From assembly GCA_036383715.1 (NCBI GenBank), contig DASVNT010000065.1, positions 4,682 through 68,681 on the forward strand: a stretch of 64,000 nt of DNA, given 5' to 3'. Source of the stretch: Sphingobium sp. Lineage in GTDB: Bacteria > Pseudomonadota > Alphaproteobacteria > Sphingomonadales > Sphingomonadaceae. Each line of letters begins with the position of its first letter. The first letter of the stretch is position 1. The notes beneath the pieces were generated by a model. That model searched no databases. It had not been told where the DNA came from and saw nothing but the letters and a program-made list of their open reading frames with translations. The translations under genes and the position numbers were made by a program. Positions 18,400 to 28,454 of the stretch are shown in pieces.

Positions 18400-19830
18400 A
18401 TGACACGCAATGACAGGGCGCTCTGGCGCGTAGCCGACGCGTGGCGGATGAGCGTCATCATCGATGCGGAGGACTATTTCCGCCATGCCCGCAGCGCGAT
18501 GCTGAAGGCGAAGCGGCGGATCATGCTGATCGGCTGGGACTTCGACGCGCGCATATCACTGATCCACGGCCCGCGCGAACCGGGCGAGCCGGAGACGGTG
18601 GGCGAGTTCATCTACTGGCTGGTGAACCGCACGCCGGAACTGGAGGTGCATCTGCTGCGCTGGGACGTCGGCGCGCTCAAGACCCTCGTGCGCGGTTCCA
18701 ACATCTTCACCATCACCAAATGGATGAGCCACAAGCGCATCCATACCAAGCTCGACAGCTTCCACCCCACGGGCGCATCGCATCATCAGAAGATCGTGGT
18801 GATCGACGATTGCGTCGCCTTTTGCGGGGGCATCGACATGACCGGCGAACGCTGGGACACGCGCCACCACCGCGACCATGAACCCCATCGCGTCACGCCG
18901 CATGGCACGCCCTATAAGCCGTGGCATGATGCCATCACGGCGTTGCAGGGGCCGGTGGCGGCGGCGCTGGGCGATCTCAGCCGGAAACGGTGGGCGCGCG
19001 CGGGCGGGCATCCGCTGGACCCGGTGGACGGGCAGGAGGATTGCTGGCCCGACGACCTTACCCCCGATTTCGAGAATATAGCGGTGGGCATTGCGCGCAC
19101 GCGGCCGGAGATGCCGGAATGCCCCGAAGTGCGCGAGATCGAGGCGCTGTTCGTCTCCGAAATCGCCTCCGCCCGGCACCATATCTACGCCGAAAGCCAG
19201 TATTTCGCCTCGCGCCGCATCGCGGAGGCCATTGCCGACCGGCTGGGCGAGACGGATGGGCCGGACATTGTCATCGTCACCCCGGAAACCGCGCAGGGCT
19301 GGCTGGAGCCGGTGGCGATGGACACGGCCCGCGCGCGGCTGATCACCGCATTGCGCCAGCGTGACGTGCATGGCCGCCTGCGCATCTATCACCCCTATAC
19401 GGCGGCGGGGGCGCCCATCTACGTCCATGCCAAGGTGATGATCGTGGACGGGCGGACGCTGCGTATCGGGTCCGCCAATATGAACAACCGCTCCATGGGT
19501 TTGGACACCGAATGCGACGTGATCGTGGACGCAGTGACCCCGGCGGATGCGGACAGGGTGCTGGCGATCCGCAACGGCCTGATCGCGGAGCACCTCGGCG
19601 TGCCTGTCGAGACGGTGGAGCGGGAGATCGACCTCCGCGGATCACTGATCGCCGCGATAGAGGGGCTGCGCCGCCCCGGCCATTCGCTACGCCCCTATCA
19701 GGTGCCGGACCTGAGCGCGGTGGAAGAATGGCTGGCCGATAATGAGGTGCTGGACCCGGAAAGCCCGTCGCAGATGTTCGAGGCGACAGCGCGCAAGGGG
19801 CTGCTCAGGCGGTTGCGCCTCAAGGGGTAG
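18400..19830 (+). CDS. Phospholipase D family protein
   Basis: Two HKD motifs: HHQKIVVID and HAKVMIVD...GSANMNNRS. Confidence 0.93.
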   Translation: MTRNDRALWRVADAWRMSVIIDAEDYFRHARSAMLKAKRRIMLIGWDFDARISLIHGPREPGEPETVGEFIYWLVNRTPELEVHLLRWDVGALKTLVRGSNIFTITKWMSHKRIHTKLDSFHPTGASHHQKIVVIDDCVAFCGGIDMTGERWDTRHHRDHEPHRVTPHGTPYKPWHDAITALQGPVAAALGDLSRKRWARAGGHPLDPVDGQEDCWPDDLTPDFENIAVGIARTRPEMPECPEVREIEALFVSEIASARHHIYAESQYFASRRIAEAIADRLGETDGPDIVIVTPETAQGWLEPVAMDTARARLITALRQRDVHGRLRIYHPYTAAGAPIYVHAKVMIVDGRTLRIGSANMNNRSMGLDTECDVIVDAVTPADADRVLAIRNGLIAEHLGVPVETVEREIDLRGSLIAAIEGLRRPGHSLRPYQVPDLSAVEEWLADNEVLDPESPSQMFEATARKGLLRRLRLKG

Positions 19831-20908
19831 CGATGCCGTTCGCCACCCGGCTGGCGCGCCTGCGCTGTTTTTTGTCGAGGAGCGCGCGGCTTGCCTCGTC
19901 CAGCGCGACATTGTCGGCCATCACCGCGCCGCGCTGGCCGATGGGGCGGTCGGGACCGACGGTCGAATCGACCATCGTCTGCCGCTCCAGTTCCGCATTG
20001 AGTTCGGCGCCGATCAGCACGGCATAGGCCGACAGGAACAGCCACATCAGGAAGATGACGACCGCCGCCAACGATCCATAGGTGGCATTATAATCGCTGA
20101 TGTCGGAGACGTAGAAGCCGAAGCCCAGCGTGATCGCGACCCACAATAGCGTGGACAACACCGACCCCACCGACAGCCACCGCCATTTCGCCGCGCGCCG
20201 ATCGGGCGCATAGCGATAGAAGATCGCGAACGTAAAGCTGACCAGCGCGCCCGCAAACGCCCATGTCGCCCACTGGATCAGCACCGCCGCGTTCGCGCCC
20301 AGATAGCCGGCCAGGAAGTTGCGGACATAGGTGAACAGCGAGATGGCGACGACACCGATCACCGCCACGCCGACCATGCCCACGGTGATGAGCGCGGCGA
20401 CGGCGGTGGTGCGAAAGATGCTGCGCGTCTCATGCTCCTCATAGATGATGTTGAGCGCGGCGATCATCGCCGTCGCCGCCCGCATCGCGCCATAGAGCGA
20501 CACGAACAACGCAATGGCGAGGCCGAGGCCCTGCGCCGCCTTGCTGCTGGTTACGATGGCGAGCAACTGGTCCCGCAATATGGTCAGCACCTCCGCCGGG
20601 GCGAAGGGGCCGAGCAGGTCGATGCTCTGCGCCACCGTCTGCGGATCGCCGACCAGGCCGTAAAGCAGGACCACCGACCCGATCAGCGGCACGAAGGCGA
20701 GGAAGGCGAAAAAGGCCACACCCGCCGCCAGCAGGCTGAGGTTGTGAAAGCCGTTCATCACATAGACGCGCTTGAGGATCGACCACCAGGCGGCGCGGGG
20801 CATGTGCAGGGGGGATATGCCGGTCGCGCCCGGCACGGCCTGCGCAATCTGCTCCGCCGCCTGTGGGGAGAGAGGGGCGTCGTCGTCCATGATGGCGGGG
20901 TCGATCAT
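19820..20908 (-). CDS. YihY/virulence factor BrkB family membrane protein
   Basis: AAGVAFFAFLA, YNATYGSLAAVVIFLMWLFLS, GAELNAE. Confidence 0.92.
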   Translation of the reverse strand: MIDPAIMDDDAPLSPQAAEQIAQAVPGATGISPLHMPRAAWWSILKRVYVMNGFHNLSLLAAGVAFFAFLAFVPLIGSVVLLYGLVGDPQTVAQSIDLLGPFAPAEVLTILRDQLLAIVTSSKAAQGLGLAIALFVSLYGAMRAATAMIAALNIIYEEHETRSIFRTTAVAALITVGMVGVAVIGVVAISLFTYVRNFLAGYLGANAAVLIQWATWAFAGALVSFTFAIFYRYAPDRRAAKWRWLSVGSVLSTLLWVAITLGFGFYVSDISDYNATYGSLAAVVIFLMWLFLSAYAVLIGAELNAELERQTMVDSTVGPDRPIGQRGAVMADNVALDEASRALLDKKQRRRASRVANGIATP

Positions 20909-21138
20909 GGCAGGGATGCGCTGTTGCCGGGCGCGGGCGTGCGAGCAGATGTCTCTGCCGCGGCCCGCTCCGCCTCCGCAGCACCGCTCATCTGGTCCGC
21001 CACCTGCTTTTCGATGCTGTTGGCGGTGGTGCTGATATGCTTGGCCTGCTCATCATATTTCTCATCGAAATCCGGCTTGCGGTCGCAGGCTGCCAGCGCC
21101 GGCAGGATCGACAGGGACAGCAGGAACGGCACGCGCAT
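20905..21138 (-). CDS. Small lipoprotein
   Basis: MRVPFLLSLSILPALAAC lipobox; TGATG coupling to tamB stop. Confidence 0.75.
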   Translation of the reverse strand: MRVPFLLSLSILPALAACDRKPDFDEKYDEQAKHISTTANSIEKQVADQMSGAAEAERAAAETSARTPAPGNSASLP

Positions 21139-24100
21139 CAATAGTCCTTCCGATAGCGCAGATTGACGCTCGACCCGCCGAAACTGCCCGTCGCACTGAG
21201 GATGGAGAGCGCCTTGGACAGACTCACCTCCAGCTGCGTGGCGGTATAGCCGCGCGCGTCCGTCACGATCTCCACATAGACGTCGTTGCTGATATACTGC
21301 CCAACGGCGAGGGAGGTTCCCCGGCCCGTCTCCTTGTCGTCGCCCAATATACGCAGGCGGTCGATGCCGGTGGAGCTTTGCAGCACGCCCAGCGGGTTGA
21401 GGCCGCCCTTGCCGCCGCGCAGGCTGTTGAGCGACGAGGCCAGTTGCACCGCCTGTATCGCGGACAGCTCGCCCACGGAATTGCCGAACAGGATGCGCGC
21501 CATTAGTTCGTCCTGCGGCAGGCTGGGCGTGGAGGTGAAGGCGATCTGCGGATCCTGCGCATGGCCGCTGATCGTGATGGTGATCGTCACATCCTCCACC
21601 TCGCCCGACGCCACGATGTTGATGTCGGGATCGGTCATCGACCCGCCGTCGAAGCGGATGCGCCCGGTTTGCAGGTCGAAGCTGTGGCCCGCAAAGCCCA
21701 ATGTGCCGCGCACCAGATCGACTCCGCCGGTGATGACCGGCGCGCCACTGGTCCCGCCGACATGAATATTGGCGCCCCATTCGCTTTCGAGGCCCATGCC
21801 GGACACATAGATCTTGTTGTCGGCCATCACGTCCACGTCGAGGCGCCAGCTCGCGGGCAGGCTGCTGATCGGTTCCGGGTTGCCGGTGATGCGTTCGCGG
21901 CCCGGCACCGGCTTGCGGCGGACGCCGGTCAGCGTGGCGACCTGCGCGCCGCCCTGCCGCACGATCTTGTACCGGGTTTCGGGCAGGCTGATCCGGCCGC
22001 TGACCGTCGGCGGCTGGCCGGGACCGTTGACGATCTTCAACTGGCCCGTGACCTGCGCGGCGAGATCCTGCCCGCTGGCGAGTTGCGCGCGATCCATGTC
22101 GATGCCGAGCTGGATCGGGAAGCCCTGCGCGCTGCTCAGCGAGACGAAGCCCTTGGCGCTGACCGCGCCATTACCGGCCTTCGCGGTCAGGCTCTCCACC
22201 TCCAGCCGGTCGTTGGTGAAGCGGCCCTGCACCTTCATATTGGTGAGGCGCGTGCCGTAGCTCTGGTTCTCATAGGTCAGGTTGTTCGCGCGGACGAGGC
22301 CAGTGAGCTGCGGCGTCTGGAGCCGCCCTCCAAAGTCCGCCGCGACCCCGATGGGGCCTTTCAGGCTCTGGTCGGGCAACGCCGCGAGCGAAAACAGCGT
22401 GTCGGCGGGACCATTGTAGCGCAGTCCGCCGGACAGCGGCGCGGCAAAGAGCCGCGTGGTCCAGCTACCCGCACCGGGGGGCAGGGGGTTGAGGTTGACC
22501 TGGAACCGCCCGATCGCCGCCCCGCGCCGCCGGATGATCGCACGGGCATTGCCACCCTCCGGCTCCAGCCGCCCAACGACGAAAATGTCCACCGGCTGCG
22601 ATACGGAGGCGAGGCTGGTGCGGGTGAAATTGTCGATCTGCAACCGCGCGTCCGCTTTGGGGAAGGCGGTCGAGGAGGCTTGCGCGAAATCGAGGCTGCC
22701 CGTCACCGTGCCGCCAAGGCCGAGGCCGGGCGCAAAGGGATTGGCAAGCGCGAGGTTCACATCGTTCAGACGCGCCTGAACCTCCATGCCCCGACCATAA
22801 TGCCCCGCCAGTTGCAGCGTGCCCTGTCCGGTGTCCACGGTGCCGGGTTGCAGCCTGTACCCGCCCTTCTCCGGCAGGATGTTGAGCGCGCCGCGCGTGG
22901 CGACGTCGATACCGTTGAACCGGCCCTTGAGCGCGATGCGCCACAGCTTGGGATCGAGCAGCGCATTGGCCGCCATGCGGAACGGATAGCGGGTGCGCCC
23001 CTCCACCAGCAGCCGCGCCTGCCCCTTGCCGCCGCGATAGTTCACATTGGCGCGGGCGCCCGCGATGGTCAGCTCGCCCATATGGACGCCCGCGATCTGC
23101 GCGTCGGCCACGACCTGCGGCTGATCGTAGAGGACGATGTCGGCGTTCACGATGGCGCGGTCGGCGGAGAAGCCGACCTTGCCGGGCATGGCGGCGTTGC
23201 GCGCGGTGGCGTTGACCACCGCGCGCTGCTTACCGGACAGGGAGGAAAGCTGAACCTGTCCGGTAATGCCGGAACCCTTTGCGGTGACCGTACCGGTAAA
23301 GGGTCCAGACGCTGTCTGAGTGACGCGGCCCGTCAGGCCGACACCGCCGAATTGCGTGCCGGGGCGCAGGTCGACGCTGAGCGGCCCCTTGCCCACGCGG
23401 GCCGCGACATTGGCGGCGAACGGGCCGTAATCGGTGTCGCCCTTGCCCGTGACGACATAGGTTCCGTTGTTGCCGACGACGGTCGCCACGACATTGGACA
23501 GGCCAACGCCCACGCCAGGCCGCGCGGCGGCGATGCGCGCGACGGGGCGGGCAACGGTGCCCGTCACATCGACGCCCAGCGGGCCATAGGCATTACTGGT
23601 GCCGCGCGCGGTGAAGCGGATCGCGCCGTTGGATCGATACTCACCCCGCCCGCCGGTCAGGCGGAAGGCGGGTGCGGCGACGTTCAGCCGATCGATGGAG
23701 GCGACGCCATTGCTGTCATAGCCGACGTCCGCGACGATCAGCGCATTGCCGCCGAGGAAAGTCTGGATGCCGTCGTTCAGGATGCGCGTGGACCTAGCCG
23801 TGACCCGCCCGCCGAGCTTGAAATAGCCGTTCGCGCCGGTCTTCAGGTCCATATTGGTCCTGACATTGAAGATGCCGACGCTCTCCACGCGGTAGCCGTT
23901 GACCGTGCCCTGCAACGCGCCGGTGTAGAGCGCCTTGTTCAGATCAGCGACGACGACCGCGGTGGCGTCGATCCGGTCGGAGCGCAGTTTGAGGTTGTCG
24001 GACAGCAGGCGGCCATTGGCATAGGCGAAGTCGCCGTTCAGCCGGACGTTGGTGAGGAGCGGGGCCACGCTTTCGATGCCGGTGATGCGGCGCGCGGTGC

Positions 24101-25361
24101 CGGTGACGGGAATGCGCCATTGGTCCTTGTCCAGCGCCGCGCTGCCCGACACGGACAGCCCATCGACCAGCGTCCCGCCGAAACCGATCTGCTTTGCGTT
24201 GACCGCATAGGTGACTTCGGGCGCGACGAAGCGGCCGTTGAGCACCGCCTTCGCCACGATGTCGGAGCCGACGAGGTTGGTCGCGATCACGCTGGGCTTA
24301 GTGAGGCGGAAATCGAGTTTCAGATCCTGCATCGTGCTCGCGCCGAGGTCGACGAGGCCATCGGCGGCAAAGGTGAAATTATCGCTGGCCACGCCGCCCT
24401 TGAGCCAGATGCGGCGTTGCTTTGCGGTGGCGCTGAGGTCGATCTTCGTCACCGGCTCCACCATGTTGCGACCCGGCCCGGTCAGGAACAGGCCGGGGCG
24501 GGTATCGCCCTTGACCGTGAAGCTGCCGTTGCGGGCGGTGAGCGCGACATTCGCGAGCCGGTCGCCCCCTACCGTGCCGTCGAGGCGGCCATTCCACGCA
24601 TTCCAGTCGCCCTTGCCGGTCAGCGCGACTGTCACCGGCTTGGCAATGCCGCTGAACCCGGCGACGAGGCCGCCCGCAGGCGCGTTCACTTTGAGGTCGA
24701 GGTCGAGCCGGTTGGACTCCGGCACGGCGTCGAGTAGCAGCGCCAGCCTGTCGCCGCCCGCCACGCCCGGCGCGACGAGGGCATTGGCATTGGCGCGCAC
24801 CTGCGCCTTGCCATCGGCGATATGGACCTGCCCGTTCAGGCTGACGAGATGGCGCTTGCCAGTGACGGGCGGGTCGATCTGGAAGCGTCCGACCGACAGG
24901 CGACCCACGTCGATGTCGAGGTCGGGGAGCAGTGGCCCCTCGCTCGGCGGCGTCGCCTTGAACTCCGGCAAACGATAGAGGCGGCCCGTGGGGATGCTCA
25001 GCGACCCTATGTCGAGGTGGTTGCGAGCATAGCTGAGCGGACGCCAATCCATGTCCACCGTCTCGGCGCTCAGGAACACCCCCTTGGGGTCGCGGATGGC
25101 GAGGCCGCGGATGCGCATGGCACCAAAGATCGATCCCTCGATCCGGCCCACGTCGATCTTCATGCCATTGGCGAAGGACAGCGCCGACACCTGCCGCGCG
25201 ACAAAGCCGCGCCCGCTGTCGCTGCCGAGCCACAGGCCCACGCCGATCACGATCACCACAATCGCGGCGAACAGCCCGCCCGCGCCGATCAGGATGCGGC
25301 GGCCCCAGTTCGGGCGGGGTGCGGGCGCCGGGGCGGCGTTCATGTCGATCTCGTCCGCCAT
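21138..25361 (-). CDS. tamB: Translocation and assembly module TamB
   Basis: 1407 aa; N-terminal TM anchor, beta-rich body, C-terminal DUF490 (GQYISNDVYVE...YRKDY). Confidence 0.92.
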   Translation of the reverse strand: MADEIDMNAAPAPAPRPNWGRRILIGAGGLFAAIVVIVIGVGLWLGSDSGRGFVARQVSALSFANGMKIDVGRIEGSIFGAMRIRGLAIRDPKGVFLSAETVDMDWRPLSYARNHLDIGSLSIPTGRLYRLPEFKATPPSEGPLLPDLDIDVGRLSVGRFQIDPPVTGKRHLVSLNGQVHIADGKAQVRANANALVAPGVAGGDRLALLLDAVPESNRLDLDLKVNAPAGGLVAGFSGIAKPVTVALTGKGDWNAWNGRLDGTVGGDRLANVALTARNGSFTVKGDTRPGLFLTGPGRNMVEPVTKIDLSATAKQRRIWLKGGVASDNFTFAADGLVDLGASTMQDLKLDFRLTKPSVIATNLVGSDIVAKAVLNGRFVAPEVTYAVNAKQIGFGGTLVDGLSVSGSAALDKDQWRIPVTGTARRITGIESVAPLLTNVRLNGDFAYANGRLLSDNLKLRSDRIDATAVVVADLNKALYTGALQGTVNGYRVESVGIFNVRTNMDLKTGANGYFKLGGRVTARSTRILNDGIQTFLGGNALIVADVGYDSNGVASIDRLNVAAPAFRLTGGRGEYRSNGAIRFTARGTSNAYGPLGVDVTGTVARPVARIAAARPGVGVGLSNVVATVVGNNGTYVVTGKGDTDYGPFAANVAARVGKGPLSVDLRPGTQFGGVGLTGRVTQTASGPFTGTVTAKGSGITGQVQLSSLSGKQRAVVNATARNAAMPGKVGFSADRAIVNADIVLYDQPQVVADAQIAGVHMGELTIAGARANVNYRGGKGQARLLVEGRTRYPFRMAANALLDPKLWRIALKGRFNGIDVATRGALNILPEKGGYRLQPGTVDTGQGTLQLAGHYGRGMEVQARLNDVNLALANPFAPGLGLGGTVTGSLDFAQASSTAFPKADARLQIDNFTRTSLASVSQPVDIFVVGRLEPEGGNARAIIRRRGAAIGRFQVNLNPLPPGAGSWTTRLFAAPLSGGLRYNGPADTLFSLAALPDQSLKGPIGVAADFGGRLQTPQLTGLVRANNLTYENQSYGTRLTNMKVQGRFTNDRLEVESLTAKAGNGAVSAKGFVSLSSAQGFPIQLGIDMDRAQLASGQDLAAQVTGQLKIVNGPGQPPTVSGRISLPETRYKIVRQGGAQVATLTGVRRKPVPGRERITGNPEPISSLPASWRLDVDVMADNKIYVSGMGLESEWGANIHVGGTSGAPVITGGVDLVRGTLGFAGHSFDLQTGRIRFDGGSMTDPDINIVASGEVEDVTITITISGHAQDPQIAFTSTPSLPQDELMARILFGNSVGELSAIQAVQLASSLNSLRGGKGGLNPLGVLQSSTGIDRLRILGDDKETGRGTSLAVGQYISNDVYVEIVTDARGYTATQLEVSLSKALSILSATGSFGGSSVNLRYRKDY

Positions 25362-27526
25362 CAGAAGGCCTGCCCGATGGAGATGTAGATGGACACGCGC
25401 GACTCACCCTCCTTGCGCGCGATCGGAGTCGCGATGTCGAGCCGCATCGGCCCGAAATTGGTGTAGAAGCGCCCGCCCACGCCGACGCCGAAGCGCCAGT
25501 CGGTGAAGCGCGGCAGGCTGCTGGTATAGACCTGTCCGCCGTCCACGAAGCCGACCACGCCGTAATCGCCGAAACGGTAGCGAACCTCCGCCGCCGCCTC
25601 GACCAGACTGCGTCCGCCGATGGGCCGGGCGTCGGGGTCTTTCGGCCCCAGTTCCTGATAGCCAAAGCCGCGCACAGACCCGCCGCCGCCCGCATAATAG
25701 CGGCGGGAGGGCGCGATCTGCTCGCGCGCCGCACCCTGTATCGTGCCGACGCGGGTACGGCCTGCCAGCACGATGCCGTCGCTGACCGGATAATAGCCCG
25801 TCGCCTCGAACAGACCGCGCCCGTAAATCTGCCCGCCGCTGCCCAGCGACCCTTCGGGCGAAATCTTGGCGGACAGGCGGAAGCCCTTTGTCGGGTTGAG
25901 CAAGCTGTCGGACGTATCGAACGTCACCTGCCCCGGCAGCGCGAGGACGTAGAAGGTGCGCCGCCGCCGCTCCGCCGCCGCGAAATCATAATCCTGCTCA
26001 TTGGTGCCGATCAGCTCGAACCCATAGCTGTAGGTCAGCCGCTTCTGCCAGATCGGCGTGCTGTCATAGGAGACGCGGCCCGCCAGCCGCCCGGTGAACG
26101 CCTCATAGGCGTCGAAACTGCTGTGCAGGGCATCGAAGCCGAGTTCGACGGTCCGGTCGCGCTTGCCCGCATTGGACCGGCGGAAGGTGACGCCCGCGCC
26201 CTGTTCCTGCGTGCCCGCGACGGCGGTGCCGATCAACGCGCCTTCAGGCGGGAACATGTTGCGGTGGGTCCAGCTACCCTCGACCTTGAACCCCTGCCCG
26301 GTGCCATAGCCCGCCTGCCCGCTGATCGTGCGCGGCGGACCGGCCTCCTGCTGCACCAGCAACGTGGCATAATCGGTGCCGTCACCTGCGGGCATGCCGC
26401 TGGGTTTCGGTTCGACGGCGACGGTGGAGAACAGGCCGGTCGCCACCAGCGCCTGCCGCAGATCATCCACCTTGCGGCTGTCGTAGAGATCGCCTTTTTT
26501 GAAGCGGGCGAGGGTGGCGATATGATCCGGCTCGAACACCGGCTTCTTGCCGCCGACGCTGATGTCGCCGAAACTGCTGAGCGGCCCGGTATCGACCGGC
26601 AGCGTATAGTCGCCGGTGCGCGTGGCCCCGTCGAGGGCGATGTCGCGCTGGCCGACCTTGGCGAAGGGATAGCCGTTCCGCGGCAGCACGACGGCGATAT
26701 TCGCCTCCGCCGCCAATATCCGTTCCGCCACTATGGGTTCGCCCGATTTGGGCACGAAGGAGCGGCTGATGAGGTCGGCGGGCACCACGGCGGGCGCGTC
26801 GAAGGCGATAGCGCCCAGCGCGTAGCGCGGCCCCGGCACCGTCTCCAGAATGACGGTGATGGCGTCCTTGCTACGCTGCTCCGGCAGTTGCAGCGAACCG
26901 CGCACGCTGGCGTCGAAATAGCCCTGCCCGGACAATATGTCGGTCAGAAGCTTCTGATCCTCCGTCATGCGGGCGTTGATCATCGCGCCGTTCGCCGCCG
27001 AACCCTTGCCATCCTTGAGCGCGGAGAGGCCGTCGAACGCGCCCTTGATGTCCGCCGCCTTTACCGGGGCGACCTTGCTGGCGTCGGCGATGCCGTCCAA
27101 CCCCTCCAGCCTGTAGGTATAGCGGACGGTGGCCGGCTTGCTGTCGTCCGCCTCCGTATAGCGGCTGTCGTCAAAGGGTTCGACGTCGAACGCCTGCAAC
27201 GGGGTCAGCGGCGTGTCGATGTCCGGGTCGTTGACCGGCGGTGCGGTGAGGACGGTTGTGCCGGTCGCTGGAACTGGCCCCTGCGCCTTGTCCCAGTCGG
27301 CGACTGTTCCCATGGGCGCATTGGGGTCGCTGTCGATCGCGGGGATCACCGCGTCGAACTCCGCGTCGGGGATGATCGGGCTGGTGTCCGGCGCATCTGG
27401 GGCGGGGGTGGAAGCAGATGGCGTCTGGGCGTGGAGCGGCGTCGTGCAGGCCAGCACCATCCAGAGACACGTCATCGCGCGTCCGCCTGTGGATGGCAGG
27501 CTGGTCGAAAACAGGACAGACCGCAA
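25361..27526 (-). CDS. tamA: Translocation and assembly module TamA (Omp85 family)
   Basis: POTRA domains; YAGGGGSVRGFGYQ; GPMRLDIA; YISIGQAF; exact start uncertain (27526 TTG or 27475 ATG). Confidence 0.93.
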   Translation of the reverse strand: MRSVLFSTSLPSTGGRAMTCLWMVLACTTPLHAQTPSASTPAPDAPDTSPIIPDAEFDAVIPAIDSDPNAPMGTVADWDKAQGPVPATGTTVLTAPPVNDPDIDTPLTPLQAFDVEPFDDSRYTEADDSKPATVRYTYRLEGLDGIADASKVAPVKAADIKGAFDGLSALKDGKGSAANGAMINARMTEDQKLLTDILSGQGYFDASVRGSLQLPEQRSKDAITVILETVPGPRYALGAIAFDAPAVVPADLISRSFVPKSGEPIVAERILAAEANIAVVLPRNGYPFAKVGQRDIALDGATRTGDYTLPVDTGPLSSFGDISVGGKKPVFEPDHIATLARFKKGDLYDSRKVDDLRQALVATGLFSTVAVEPKPSGMPAGDGTDYATLLVQQEAGPPRTISGQAGYGTGQGFKVEGSWTHRNMFPPEGALIGTAVAGTQEQGAGVTFRRSNAGKRDRTVELGFDALHSSFDAYEAFTGRLAGRVSYDSTPIWQKRLTYSYGFELIGTNEQDYDFAAAERRRRTFYVLALPGQVTFDTSDSLLNPTKGFRLSAKISPEGSLGSGGQIYGRGLFEATGYYPVSDGIVLAGRTRVGTIQGAAREQIAPSRRYYAGGGGSVRGFGYQELGPKDPDARPIGGRSLVEAAAEVRYRFGDYGVVGFVDGGQVYTSSLPRFTDWRFGVGVGGRFYTNFGPMRLDIATPIARKEGESRVSIYISIGQAF

Positions 27527-27599
27527 ACATAACCCCCTTTTGGCTCACCCCTTTCCACTCCGCCTGCAGGACGGAGCATGACCATGCGCCAGCGCCATC

Positions 27600-27625
27600 A
27601 ACGCCCACCCGGCCATAGGGTTTCA
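27600..27625 (-). promoter_or_regulatory. Candidate EcfG/SigT general-stress promoter
   Basis: Minus strand TGAAAC-N16-CGTT upstream of tamA. Confidence 0.45.
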
Positions 27626-27668
27626 TGACCACTGCGGAAAACCGCGGGAAATTGCGCGGAAAAGCGGC

Positions 27669-28454
27669 TCAGCGGGCAGCGATAGCATCCAGCGCGGCGA
27701 CCACCATGTCGCGCCGTTCGGGGTCGCGGGTCAGCTCCAGCATGGAGACGAGGCTGGACCGCGCGTCACTGACGGCACCGTCCTGCAACTGCAACCGGGC
27801 CAGTTGCCACCAGGCGTCGCCATGGTCGGGCGCGACGATGGTCATGCGTTCGTAGATGGTCTGCGCCCGCCTGGCATCGCCCGCCTCTTCCGCGCGGGAG
27901 GCCTGATTGACGAGCAGCCGGGCCAGCACCGCTCGGTTGGACATGGCGGCGACGGAACCGGGCTGCGCCTGCCCCATGGCCTGATGCAGCAGGGCGATGA
28001 GTCGCTCCTGCGGCACGATCTGTCCCCCGTTGAACGGGTCGATGATGACCGCCGTGTCCATGCCGATGCGGACGAGAACATGGCCCGGCGTATTCAGCGC
28101 ATCGGCGGTCCAGCCCATGCGCCGCGCCGCTGCGACATAGAGGATCGACAGGCTGACCGGCAGGCCACGCCGCCGGTCCAGCACACGGATCAGGTCGGCG
28201 TTGAGCGGCGCGTCATAGCTGTCCACGTCGCCCACAAAACCAAACTCTTGCCCAAAGACGGTGGCCAACGCCATGGCCTGCGCTTCTGGCGTGTCGGCGC
28301 CCGCCCCTGCCTCCGCCAGATGCTCCGCGATTTCCCGCAGCAACGCCGCATAGGGGCCAAGGTCGACGCCCTCATGATCCAGCGCGCTGAGGTCCAGCGC
28401 GGCCAGATCGAGTTCGATATCCTCATCCTCCATCAGGCCGTAACTGGCGATCAT
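27669..28454 (-). CDS. SirB1/transglutaminase-like protein with TPR tail
   Basis: VLDRRRGLPVSLSILY, NTPGHVLVR, IDPFNGG. Confidence 0.88.
   Translation of the reverse strand: MIASYGLMEDEDIELDLAALDLSALDHEGVDLGPYAALLREIAEHLAEAGAGADTPEAQAMALATVFGQEFGFVGDVDSYDAPLNADLIRVLDRRRGLPVSLSILYVAAARRMGWTADALNTPGHVLVRIGMDTAVIIDPFNGGQIVPQERLIALLHQAMGQAQPGSVAAMSNRAVLARLLVNQASRAEEAGDARRAQTIYERMTIVAPDHGDAWWQLARLQLQDGAVSDARSSLVSMLELTRDPERRDMVVAALDAIAAR

Noticed and set aside
21561-24737. Very long opposite-strand ORFs (also 11852-14155, 25319-27532, 28691-31336, 32436-35678, 39900-42377, 42693-45086)
   Set aside because: They are antisense shadows of well-supported genes, expected in high-GC DNA with strong codon bias, and show no recognisable motifs
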